Assembly (NCBI GenBank): GCA_025352005.1
Contig: JANXUE010000159.1
Location: 1 to 52,390, forward strand
DNA: 52,390 bases
Reading direction: 5' to 3'
Source of the DNA: Frankiales bacterium
GTDB taxonomy: Bacteria > Actinomycetota > Actinomycetes > Mycobacteriales > SCTD01
Positions 35,747-44,940 of the stretch are shown one piece after another; the stretch's first letter is position 1; each line of letters starts with the position of its first letter. The notes under the pieces are model-generated. The model worked only from the letters and a program-made list of their open reading frames with translations. It made no database searches and was not told where the DNA came from. Position numbers and translations under genes: made by a program.

Positions 35747-36055
35747 ATGGCCAACTTCGCCGTCACGCTCGTCCCCGGACCCAGCTGGGACGAGTCGCTG
35801 GCCATCCGCGACCAGCAAGCCTGGCACGCGCACGCGGCGTTCATGGACTGCCTGGTCGAGGACGGGTTCATCCTGCTCGTCGGCCCGGTCGGCGACCATC
35901 GCCAGACGCTCCATGTCGTAGAAGCGCCCGATGAGGCCGAGGTCCGACGGCGTGTCGGACAGGACCCGTGGGCGCAAGCCGGGCTGCTACAGATCGGCTC
36001 CATCCGGCCGTGGGCGCTTTGGCTCGACTTTCGCACCACCGGGGTCAACGCCTGA
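35747..36055 (+). CDS. YciI-family protein
   Basis: MANFAVTLVPGPSWDESLAIRDQQAWHAHAAFMDCLVEDGFILLVGPVGD...DPWAQAGLL... It begins 8 nt after the NIPSNAP stop. Confidence 0.7.
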   Translation: MANFAVTLVPGPSWDESLAIRDQQAWHAHAAFMDCLVEDGFILLVGPVGDHRQTLHVVEAPDEAEVRRRVGQDPWAQAGLLQIGSIRPWALWLDFRTTGVNA

Positions 36056-36510
36056 TCACTGCCAGGGTCAGCGTCGGCCCGTAAGCCGAACGGCTACCGG
36101 TGACACATCAGCCGGCGAGTCGTTGCAGGCGGTTGTCTCGCGTGGGTCGCGTTGTGGGATGAGCCTTAGGCGGTGGGGAAGCGGGTGACGTAGCGGCGCT
36201 GCCAGGGAGTCTCGCCTGCCCGCGAGTTGTAGTGCTCCCGGACGAAGGCCACGGCCGCCCGCGGGGGTACCCCGTCGAGCTTGCCAAGGGGAGCCGTTAC
36301 CCCATGTGCGCGAGATCCGCCGCCAAACGTGAGTAATGACTGTTCTCCATCAGAGCCAGATCGCTTCGCGCGACCAGCGGCATGGTCGGACGCTACCGAG
36401 CGCCCCGACAGCGGCATGGTCGGACGTCCGCCGGACACCGCACGCCCCACCCGAGTGGCGCACGCCCTGCACGTTCGTGTCTCCGGCAGGTGGATCCGAA
36501 CGCGTGGCCC

Positions 36511-37011
36511 TCATTCGACGACGGGAGGGCGCGGCGGCGACTCCAGCAGCGTCTTCAGCATGTCCAGATCGGCTCGCATCGCCGGTCGCGGGTCGAGATG
36601 CTGAGGCATGAGCGTCCGGTAGATCACGGCGAACAGGCGCAACGGCGGCAGAGTCATCTCGAAAGCGTGGGTGACGCGCGTTGCGGTTCCGTCGGTGGTG
36701 AACAGGTAGGCCCAGGTGATCGAGTCTCGTCGGCTGAGGTCGAGATGCTCCGGGACTGTCCGAAAGGTGAACTCCTTCCCGGGGTCGGCGCGGATGACCT
36801 CGCACACGCGCGACCAGCGAAAGATGCCTGACTGGTTGCGGCCGCGGAAGCGTGCTCCGACCTGTCCGGCGGGCTTCCCGGGGAGCCAGGAGGCACTGCG
36901 GCACTCTGGGCTGCGTTGGCCGATGCTGGTGACATCGGCCACCACGTCGTACACGTCCCTGCTGGGGGCCTCGATCAGTGCGCTGACGGATCCCGACCTC
37001 AGTTGCCTCAT
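36511..37011 (-). CDS. SRPBCC-family protein
   Basis: From ATG 37011: MRQLRSGSVSALIEAPSRDVYDVVADVTSIGQRSPECRSASWL...GKEFTFRT... Its ATG overlaps the upstream hemerythrin stop (ATGA at 37008-37011). Confidence 0.75.
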   Translation of the reverse strand: MRQLRSGSVSALIEAPSRDVYDVVADVTSIGQRSPECRSASWLPGKPAGQVGARFRGRNQSGIFRWSRVCEVIRADPGKEFTFRTVPEHLDLSRRDSITWAYLFTTDGTATRVTHAFEMTLPPLRLFAVIYRTLMPQHLDPRPAMRADLDMLKTLLESPPRPPVVE

Positions 37012-37730
37012 CTCGAGGAACGCGAACGGCCAGCTCCGCGCATGGCTTCCTGGGGGCCGACCGAGACAGCCGCTCCCCAGCGAGCTGCGCACTCTCGGCG
37101 GTACCGCCGGGCGAACGCGTGCAGCAGCACAAACCGCTGCACCGGCGGCACATTCCCGACGACGACTTGATACCGCTCCGAGTCAACGCCGTCGAGCAGC
37201 CAGTGCCCCTCCATCCCCAGCTCGGGGAGAGGCTTCGGCTTGACGTAATGCTCCTGGTTGAAGGCTTCCCACTCCGCCTGGCTGAGGGTGGCGCCGACGA
37301 CGGGCATCATCTCGCCTTCCTCATGCAGCAGGTGGGGGTCGAGGACCTCACGGAGCTCGGCGAGGGCGGCAATGAGCTGGCGCCGCACAGCATCAGAGCC
37401 GTCCCGCTCGTAGCTGGCGTTGGCTGCTACCAGCCGGTCGATTCGAATGCCGATGACGTCGTGTTCCGAGGACATCTGGTCGAGGAGGCTGCCGACGGAA
37501 GGGTCCAAACGGCGGACGAGGGGCCACAGGCCGTCGTCCTCGCCGGCGTGGTGACGGTGCAGGAAGTCCATCATCCAGCGGAGGTGCGCCGCGAGCGCTG
37601 CTCGTTGAGCCGTTGGTGGCGGGGTCGCAGCTGACACGGCTGCTGCCGTGCGGGTGAGGTCACGACGTAGGGCGTCATGGACGACGCCCATCATCCGGGT
37701 GTCTGTGCCAGAAGCCTGTGAGTGCTCCAT
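37008..37730 (-). CDS. Hemerythrin (HHE cation-binding) domain protein
   Basis: From ATG 37730: MEHSQASG...VHDALRRDL...HHAGEDDGLWPLV...SSEHDVI...HLLHEEGEMMP... Confidence 0.75.
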   Translation of the reverse strand: MEHSQASGTDTRMMGVVHDALRRDLTRTAAAVSAATPPPTAQRAALAAHLRWMMDFLHRHHAGEDDGLWPLVRRLDPSVGSLLDQMSSEHDVIGIRIDRLVAANASYERDGSDAVRRQLIAALAELREVLDPHLLHEEGEMMPVVGATLSQAEWEAFNQEHYVKPKPLPELGMEGHWLLDGVDSERYQVVVGNVPPVQRFVLLHAFARRYRRECAARWGAAVSVGPQEAMRGAGRSRSSR

Positions 37731-37744
37731 CTGTGCTCCGTTCT

Positions 37745-38395
37745 TCAGTCGATGTCCGCACTGCGGTTCACGACGTCGACGATGCGCTGGGCCAGCCATC
37801 GTTCGTACCGGGGCCGGCTCCACGCCGACCAGTGGCAGAGCTGCTCGTAGACCCCCGCGCCAGCGAGCGTCCACAGCTCGTCCACCTCGACTGACGACAC
37901 TTGCCTGCCGGCCACGAGCCGGGCCGCGTCCGCGACGTTCGCCCGGCTGTCGGCCTGGGTCTGTTCCAACCTCTGGGCGAGGAGCGGCTCCACCGCCGCG
38001 CCCTGCACAAGAGCCCGGCGCAGCGGCGTTACCCGCTCGTTGATCGTCGCGGCCACCTTGGCCGCCCGGCGGGCGCGTGACGTCAAGCTCGACCCGGCCC
38101 CCAGACCTCGCAGGTCCTCGCGGGAGGCGAGTGCGATGGGCTCGTCGTCGCCGACGACCGCGACGTTCAGCACCACCTCCAGAAGCTGGGCCTTAGATCC
38201 GAACCTGGCGTACAACGTCTCCACCGACGTGCCTGCTGCACGGGCCACGTCACGCATGTTGGTCCTCTCCCAGCCGCGCTCGGAAAAGAGCCGGTCCGCC
38301 GCGAGGAGAACAGCGGCGCGGGTCTGGGCGGACTGCTGCTGGCGAAGTGCAGAGCGGTAGGGACGCGGCGGCGGGACGTCCTCGGCGGAGCTCAC
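37745..38395 (-). CDS. TetR/AcrR-family transcriptional regulator
   Basis: GTG start. ...TRAAVLLAADRLFSERGWERTNMRDVARAAGTSVETLYARFGSK... is the canonical TetR HTH. Confidence 0.85.
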   Translation of the reverse strand: MSSAEDVPPPRPYRSALRQQQSAQTRAAVLLAADRLFSERGWERTNMRDVARAAGTSVETLYARFGSKAQLLEVVLNVAVVGDDEPIALASREDLRGLGAGSSLTSRARRAAKVAATINERVTPLRRALVQGAAVEPLLAQRLEQTQADSRANVADAARLVAGRQVSSVEVDELWTLAGAGVYEQLCHWSAWSRPRYERWLAQRIVDVVNRSADID

Positions 38396-38583
38396 GGCAG
38401 CAGGGTAGAACGACCGTGTAGTGAATACAACTCTGTTAAGGCTAACTTCGAAAGTCGCCGTATGCCCCGCGCCCGCACCACGGCCCGTTGCCGCTCTGTC
38501 CTAGACCGCGCGGTTCGGCGAGGCGGCGTCAGCGCAATCGAACCCGCTCATCGGCATTATGTGGGTGATCGTTGTCAAGGGGC

Positions 38584-38886
38584 TCATGGTGTTCTGCGTC
38601 TGAGCCGGGCGGCGGTGCTGGGTGAGACGCCGAGGAGCTGGGCGATGTCGGTCCAGGTGAGCTCTTGGTCGCGGGCGTCGTCGATTGCTGTAGGGAGCAT
38701 CTGGTGGGCTTGGCTGATGAGGCTGGCCAGGGCGTGTAGTCGGACGCCGCTGTCGCCGAGCCAGTAGGCGGTGCGCAGTCGCGCGAGGTCGTCGAGGGCC
38801 TGTGCCAGCACGAGCGCGCTGTCGTCGTCGGCACGGGGTGCGGGCAGGTCGTCGGCGCTGGTCAGGCGCAGCGCGGGGCGGGTCAT
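38584..38886 (-). CDS. Small protein (100 aa) with C-terminal HTH; TnpC-like third gene of a two-recombinase module
   Basis: ...ELTWTDIAQLLGVSPSTAARLRRR. Its ATG overlaps the stop of the upstream recombinase (38883-38886). Confidence 0.5.
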   Translation of the reverse strand: MTRPALRLTSADDLPAPRADDDSALVLAQALDDLARLRTAYWLGDSGVRLHALASLISQAHQMLPTAIDDARDQELTWTDIAQLLGVSPSTAARLRRRTP

Positions 38887-40124
38887 GACGCGTCCTGGTC
38901 AAGGTCGGCGAGGAGCCGTCCGAAGAGCTGCTGACGGTGGGCTTGGTTTTTGGCCGCGGCGTCGTCGTGCTGGTGTTGCAGGGTCGGTCTGAACTCGATG
39001 CTGGTCTGGAAGAACGTGCAGGTCTCGCAGACGCTTTCGAAGGCGCAGTCCAAGTGCTGAGGTCGGGCGCAGTAGCCGTTGCCCAGCATGCGGTGGTGCT
39101 CTCGACGGAGCCGGGACAGGGTCGGACCGAGGGTGTCCGCGGGCAACGGGGTGTTGCTCGCGTAGAGGGCCTCGACCTTCTCGGTGACCGCGAAGTACTG
39201 CTCGGCGACGGTGCGGTTGGCGATCTTGGCGTAGCGAAGGGTCATGTCCATGCTGTGGTGGCCGAGCATCGCGGCGATGGCTTCCAGGCTCATGCCTCGG
39301 TTGATGGCCTGGGTGGCCAGGGTGTGGCGCATCTGGTGGGGGTGGACGTGGCCGATCCCGGCGGCTTTCGCGGCAACGTTAAGCAGCCGGGTGATGGTGT
39401 GGCGGTCCAGCGGGGTGCCGTTCTCCCGCGGCAACAGCAGCGGATGGGCTGGGTCGACATGCGCAGTGCGGTACTCGCCAATGAGGGTGACCAGCTGCGG
39501 GTGCAGGGGCAGGTAGCGGTCGTCGTGGAGCTTGCCGACGGGGACGTGCAGCCAGTGCCCGTCGCCGATGAGCACGACCGCGTCGGCGCGCAACCCGATG
39601 AGCTCCCCGACGCGCAGCCCGGTGCGCAGCAGGACCTCGCTGACGACCCGGATCAGCAGCCGGCGTTGTGCTTGGGCGGCGCGCAGGAACTTCGCAGCGT
39701 CGGCGTCGTCGAGGGCCTTGGGCAGCGCTTTGTCCTGCCGGGGCAGGTCACCGGTGATGATCGGGATCCTGGCGGGGGCGTCAGCCCAGCCCCACTCCTC
39801 GATGCGGATGAAGAACATGCGCAAGGTCCCGAGGCGGTGAGCGATCGTGTTCACGGTCACCAGTCCTGAGGTCCGTCCGGGTCGTTTCGTCAACCAGGGC
39901 TTGAAGTTCTCGATGTGCTCGCGTTCGACCGCGGCGACGGTCCTGACCTCGGGGTGGGCTTCGGCCAGGAACGCCGCGAAGCAACGAAGCGCCAGGTCTG
40001 CGCCGCCGACGCTGCATGGGCGCAGGGTGCAGGCGACCTGCTCGAGGTAGCGGCCCATCGTGGCGACCATGACCGGGCGGCCCACGGCCAGCTGCTCCCA
40101 GTCGGGCAGCAGCAGCGCGCTCAC
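38883..40124 (-). CDS. Tyrosine-type recombinase/integrase (413 aa)
   Basis: ...RTGLRVGELIGL...; HPHQMRHTLATQAINRGMSLEAIAAMLGHHSMDMTLRYAKI. 4-nt overlaps with both neighbours. Confidence 0.85.
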   Translation of the reverse strand: MSALLLPDWEQLAVGRPVMVATMGRYLEQVACTLRPCSVGGADLALRCFAAFLAEAHPEVRTVAAVEREHIENFKPWLTKRPGRTSGLVTVNTIAHRLGTLRMFFIRIEEWGWADAPARIPIITGDLPRQDKALPKALDDADAAKFLRAAQAQRRLLIRVVSEVLLRTGLRVGELIGLRADAVVLIGDGHWLHVPVGKLHDDRYLPLHPQLVTLIGEYRTAHVDPAHPLLLPRENGTPLDRHTITRLLNVAAKAAGIGHVHPHQMRHTLATQAINRGMSLEAIAAMLGHHSMDMTLRYAKIANRTVAEQYFAVTEKVEALYASNTPLPADTLGPTLSRLRREHHRMLGNGYCARPQHLDCAFESVCETCTFFQTSIEFRPTLQHQHDDAAAKNQAHRQQLFGRLLADLDQDAS

Positions 40125-40916
40125 CGCTGGCCTCCGGCCGCGCGGGGGTGGGGGTGGTCGGCGAAGACCTGGGCGTCGATGACCTCAGCGGCGCGACGGT
40201 ACTGGGCCGCGAGCCAGTCATCACCGAGGTGCAGGTAGATCCGGGTCGACTCGATCGACGCGTGCCCAGCTTGGGCCTGGATCGCTTCCAGCGCCATGCC
40301 GGCCTCCCGCAAGCGGGTCAGGCAGGTGTGGCGCAGCTCGTGGCACGTCGCGTGCACAAGCCCGGCCCGGCCGCGCGCCCCGTCCATCACCGTGTCGACC
40401 CCGGCGGCGGACAGTGCCTGACCACGGCGAGGGCCCTTCAGGACGACGAACAGCCGCTCGGTTCTGGCCTCGGCGGGTCGTTCGGTGTCGAGGTAGGCAC
40501 CGACGCTGGTGAAGAACCGGCCCGAGACTGGGACCTGTCGCTGATGGCCGCCCTTGCCCTGGGCGATGAACACCTTCCGGGCACCGGCCCGGATGTCTTC
40601 CATGCGCAGGCCGAGGACTTCGCAGCGGCGCAACCCGCCCAGGACCATCGCCTGGAACATCGCCCGGTCCCGGTGGGTGCTCGCTGCGGTGAGCAGTGCG
40701 TCGACCTCGGCGGGTTCCAGCACTCGTGGCAGCGTCCGCGGGCTGCGCACCAGCGGCACTCCCTGGCGGGGGCGGGAGACCTCACGTCGAGTCGGCAGCC
40801 CGCGCGGCACGGGGTTGGCCAGCACGTCGCCCCGGACGGTGAGGTAGGAGAACAGCCCTGAGATCGTCGACAGTCGGCGGCGGACCGTGCGGGCGCTGAC
40901 TCCGGCTCCGTCGTGG

Positions 40917-42393
40917 GAGGTTGTCCCGAGTTCCGTGGAACTTCGGTGGCGGCCCAATGATGCTCAGGCTGCGTTGACCTCCTGATCATGGCAGGTGGCT
41001 CCGACAGTTTTGCTCGTCTCGCGTTCGAGGGCGGCGCGGAGGGTCTGGAGGTGCATGTGGCCGTTGACGCGACGGAACTGCTTGCCCGCCTCGATCATCC
41101 CGGCGGCGCACCAGCGCAGTGCCATCTGGCCGTCTCGCCAGCGCTTGACGTTCTTGGCGTGTTCCCGGCAGATCCCGATCATGCTTTCCACAGCGTTGGT
41201 GCTGCGGAACGTACGAGCCAGGGTGGGTGGCAGGTTCAGCCGCAGCACGGTCAGGGTCTCCTCGAGCCCTTCACGCAGGCTCCCCGCGGCGCCGGGGTGG
41301 GTCTTGCCGAGCTCCCTGGCCAGGGCCTCGAGCTCGACCTGGGCGACCAGTGCACTGTCGGCGTGGTGGGCGGCGCGCATCTTCTTGCTGACCGTGGGAC
41401 GCAGGTGCTTCGGGAGCTTGTCGGTCACGTTCCGGATCTTGTGCAGTTGGCAGCGAGCGATCACCGGCTTGTCGAACACGTCCAGGACGGCCCGGCGCAG
41501 CGCGGGCGAGCCGTCCAGGACAGCCAAGATGGGCTTGGTCACGTCCAGGCCGCGTTCCCGCAAGCCGACGATGAGATCCCTGACTACGGTGGCGTTCTCG
41601 GTCGATCCCTCGACCAGCCCGAGGGGGTGCTTACGGCCGTCGATGTCGATGCCGAGCGCGACGACGCACAGGTGCTCGGCGAAGTACACGCCGTCGACCA
41701 TGAACGCGACCAGGTCCAGCGTGGACAGGTCCGCGCCCAGCAGGTCCGCGAGGGCAGTCTCGGTCATGGCCACGAACTTGCGCGACACCGCCGACTTGCT
41801 CGTCGCGGTCGAGCTCGCCGTCACCTCTGCCCCGACCGGCTCCAACCCGATCTGGTAGCGCCGCGTCGACAGGCCGCCGAGCATCCGCTGCATGGCCATC
41901 TGGCCCAGCACCTCGGTGGAGGAGAACAGCTCATAGGCCGGCAGTGCAAGTTCGCCGCTGCCGTCCGCGGCGCGGACGCGTGGGCGCTGCACGGGCACCC
42001 GGCGGCCGCCGAGGGTGACCGACCCGGCCTCAGTGCCGTGCCGGTAGCCGGCCCCGGCCGGGGTCGTGCTTGCCCTTCGCGCCGCACAGCTCGGCGACGT
42101 TCTCGGTGAACATCGCCTGCATCACCTGCAAGCCAGCGCCGACAGCCAACGCCAGCAGCCCTTCCTGCATGTCGGCAGCGATCTCGTTGAGCGCGACCGT
42201 GACGTGCTCGGGCACGACCATCGCGGGCGCGTCCGGAGCGACCTTCCGGGTCTTGTTCTGGTAGTTCTTGTTCACAGCGGTCCCCTTCTTGAATGGTGTG
42301 TCTTGGCGGACGCCCAACTCCTACCGCGAGGCAGGACTCAGGCGGGGGACCGCCACCTCAAAGCTCAAGTTCTACGAGACCCGGGACAACCTC
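40917..42393 (-). mobile_element. IS256-family insertion sequence (~1.48 kb)
   Basis: The left end is GAGGTTGTCCCGAGTTCCGTGGAACTT (40917-). It matches the reverse complement of the right end, GAGGTTGTCCCGGGTCTCGTAGAACTT (-42393). It is flanked by CGTGG on both sides (40912-40916 and 42395-42399). Confidence 0.8.
40964..42272 (-). pseudogene. IS256-family (mutator-type) transposase with a frameshift near 42048-42064
   Basis: The N-terminal frame reads ...ALNEIAADMQEGLLALAVGAGLQVMQAMFTENVAELCGAKGKHDPGRG... and stops at 42030. The main frame reads ...GYRHGTEAGSVTLGGRRVPVQRPRVRAADGSGELALPAYELF...DGVYF...STNAVES... The switch lies in a CCCCGGCCGGGGCCGG run. Confidence 0.75.
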
Positions 42394-42872
42394 ACGTGGA
42401 ACGCCAGCCGTTCGAAGCTCGCCGCGACCGACTTCAACCGGGCCTGACGACTCACCGCTGCGGAAGCTGTCGCCGCGAGGTAGGGGTCGGCGCTACGGCT
42501 CACTACAGCGCCCGGGCGTCCGAGTTTCCAGCGTCCCCACTCCTCCCCCGCTACGACGCTAGGATGGTCCTGCCACCGGGTAGCACCGAGCCGCACGACA
42601 CCTCGCGCCTTCGCGCACGTCATGCGGGCTCGAGCTCGTCGGGACGGTCCAGCCGGGAGGCCGGACGGGGCGGTCGACCTCGACGGTGCTGTCGCCGAAC
42701 GGTTGGCCGGCAGGCGTCGTGCGGGACAGAACCCGGCAGTCGCCGGGCGCAAACGGTCGGGGTACGTCGAAGGAGAAGGTTCTTGGCTACACGAGGTGGG
42801 CGGCCCGCGGGCGCCTCCCGGTCCGCCCCGCGGCAGCAGCAGCGACCCCGGGCTCGCACCGAGGAGGGCCTG

Positions 42873-44924
42873 GTGCCGGTGCTGTCCAAGCACGTCCGGG
42901 ACGTCGACCTGGCCGTGCAGCGTGGGCAGATCGGTCCGTCGGTCCGTACCCGCTTCCAGGCGGTCGCGATGCTCGTCCGCGAGGAACGTAGCCGCATCAA
43001 AGCCGCCCCGATCAGCGAAGGCCGGCGTACCGAGCAGATGAAGCGGATCGACGGGCTTGCCACGACGCTGGCTCGGACGGCGGCACGCGACGGGTCCCTA
43101 CTCGTGCTGCTCGCCGACGACGCGGCGCTGCTCGACGGCGCGAGGGTCCTCATGCGCGAACTACGTGGCGCAGGCGGGCTGGAGCAGCCCGTCGAGGCGG
43201 CGGTCGAGGGCCAGGCGGTGACCGAGAGATCCGCGGCCGCGCCACGAGCCGAGCGCAAGGTCGTGCCGAAGTCGGTGGTCTCCCGCCAGCTGGCCAACCC
43301 GTTCCTCGAGCCGGACTACACCGCCGTCGCACCGAGGGCCGCAAGGCCACGGATGCTGACGACCTGGGAGCTGCTCGGCCCGCTGCTGCGAGCCTTCGAG
43401 GAGGCTTCCGGTGGCGCGACGTCCTGCATGGACCTGCCGGAGGCCGGCTCCCTGCAGGCCGCCGGCGGCCGCGAGCTGATGCCGCACCAGGCGCAGGTCA
43501 TCGAGGCCGCCGCCGAGGGGCATCGGACCTTCCTGCTGGCTGACGAGCCCGGCCTGGGCAAGACGGCCCAAGCGCTGCTCGCGGCCCAGGCTGCGGACGC
43601 CTACCCGCTGCTTGTCGTCGTACCCAACGTCGTGAAGACCAACTGGGCGCGGGAGGTCGACCTGTGGACCCCCCGGCACCCGGCGACGGTGGTGCACGGT
43701 GACGGCGACACGGTCGACGGGTTCTCAGACATCGTGATCGTCAACTACGAGGTCCTGGACCGGCACGTCGGCTGGCTCGGCTCGCTCGGCTTCCGGGGGA
43801 TGGTCGTCGACGAGGCGCACTTCATCAAGAACAAGACGTCGCAGCGTTCGCGACATGTGCTGGAGCTGTCCAAGCGGATCCAGGCCCGGACGATGCGGCC
43901 GCTGCTGATGGCTCTCACTGGCACCCCGCTGATCAACGACATCGAGGACTTCCTCGCGATCTGGGAGTATCTCGGCTGGATCGACGACAAGGAACCCCGC
44001 GCCGAGCTCATGGAGTCCCTCGAGGACAACGGCCTCACCCCGGTCGACTACGACTTTTACCCGGCCGCACGGTCCTCCGTCATCGACCTCGGCATCGTTC
44101 GCCGTCGCAAGGTCGACGTCGCCGCCGACATCCCGGCGCGCCGGATCGCCGACTTGCCGGTCGAGCTCGAAGGGGTCCTCGGCCGTTCCATCCTGGCCGC
44201 CGAGAAGGCCCTCGCCCGACGGCTCGTCAAGCGGTACGACAGCGCCTTGGCGGCCCGCTCCGACGGCAACCAGGTCGTCGGTATCGACCACGCCCTCGTA
44301 CGTCAGGTCGCGACCTGGGAGCGCCGGGACGCGGACGAGACCAAGACCGAGGACAACGTCTTTACGATGATGCGACGCATCGGCCAGGCCAAGGCGGGCC
44401 TGGCTGCGGACTACGCGGCGCAGCTCGCCCGCAGCGTTGGCAAGGTCGTGTTCTTCGCCAAGCACATCGACGTGATGGACGCTGCCGAGAAGGTCTTCGC
44501 CCAGCAGGGGTTGGGTTACACCTCTATCCGCGGCGACCAGACCTCCAAGAACCGCCAGCAGAGCATCGACGCGTTCACGAACGACCCAGGGGTCTCGGTC
44601 GCGGTCTGCTCGCTGATGGCCGCGGGCGTGGGGCTCAACCTGCAGGTGTCGTCGAACGTCGTGCTCGCCGAGCTGTCCTGGACAGCGGCCGAGCAGACGC
44701 AGGCCATCGACCGGGTACATCGAATCGGTCAGGACCAGCCGGTCACTGCCTGGCGGATCATCGCGGCGCAGACCATCGACGCCCGCATTGCCGAGCTCAT
44801 CGACGAGAAGGCCGGCCTCGCTGCCCGTGCCCTCGACGGTTCCGACGAGCAGGTCACCTCCTCGGTGGACGTGCAGCTCGAGGCGCTGGTCGCGCTCCTG
44901 ACGGATGCCCTCATCGAGGGCTGA
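42873..44924 (+). CDS. SNF2-family DEAD/DEAH-box helicase
   Basis: GAGGAGGG lies 5 nt before GTG 42873. Motif I: LADEPGLGKTAQAL. Motif II: VVDEAHFIKN. Also LTGTPLINDIEDF. Motif VI: QAIDRVHRIGQ. The track ORF start at 42066 is read-through across the IS and the recombinase 5' end. Confidence 0.85.
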   Translation: MPVLSKHVRDVDLAVQRGQIGPSVRTRFQAVAMLVREERSRIKAAPISEGRRTEQMKRIDGLATTLARTAARDGSLLVLLADDAALLDGARVLMRELRGAGGLEQPVEAAVEGQAVTERSAAAPRAERKVVPKSVVSRQLANPFLEPDYTAVAPRAARPRMLTTWELLGPLLRAFEEASGGATSCMDLPEAGSLQAAGGRELMPHQAQVIEAAAEGHRTFLLADEPGLGKTAQALLAAQAADAYPLLVVVPNVVKTNWAREVDLWTPRHPATVVHGDGDTVDGFSDIVIVNYEVLDRHVGWLGSLGFRGMVVDEAHFIKNKTSQRSRHVLELSKRIQARTMRPLLMALTGTPLINDIEDFLAIWEYLGWIDDKEPRAELMESLEDNGLTPVDYDFYPAARSSVIDLGIVRRRKVDVAADIPARRIADLPVELEGVLGRSILAAEKALARRLVKRYDSALAARSDGNQVVGIDHALVRQVATWERRDADETKTEDNVFTMMRRIGQAKAGLAADYAAQLARSVGKVVFFAKHIDVMDAAEKVFAQQGLGYTSIRGDQTSKNRQQSIDAFTNDPGVSVAVCSLMAAGVGLNLQVSSNVVLAELSWTAAEQTQAIDRVHRIGQDQPVTAWRIIAAQTIDARIAELIDEKAGLAARALDGSDEQVTSSVDVQLEALVALLTDALIEG

Positions 44925-44940
44925 GTCCTGCGGCGGCGAC

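Larger units (their letters stand above)
40121..42623 (-). pseudogene. Tyrosine-type recombinase (339 aa when restored) interrupted by an IS256-family element at 40917-42393
   Basis: The 3' part (40121-40916) reads ...GGLRRCEVLGL...CHELRHTCLTRLREAGMALEAIQAQAGHASIESTRIYLHL. The 5' part (42394-42623) reads MTCAKARG...SVAASFERLAFH. Removing the IS plus one CCACG copy joins ...AFH|DGAGVSARTVRRRL in frame, giving 1020 nt in total. Confidence 0.75.

Noticed and set aside
36166-36450. 94-aa minus ORF
   Set aside because: Only the last ~35 residues (DGVPPRAAVAFVREHYNSRAGETPWQRRY) look protein-like. There is no credible N-terminus, and it overlaps the 18-bp direct repeats. It is possibly a gene remnant.
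38937-39869. 310-aa plus ORF
   Set aside because: It is antisense to the 413-aa tyrosine recombinase.
42066-42872. N-terminal 269 codons of the 952-aa track ORF for the SNF2 helicase
   Set aside because: This part runs across the IS256 right end and the 5' fragment of the split recombinase. A GTG with a strong GAGGAGGG site at 42873 gives a normal-length helicase.
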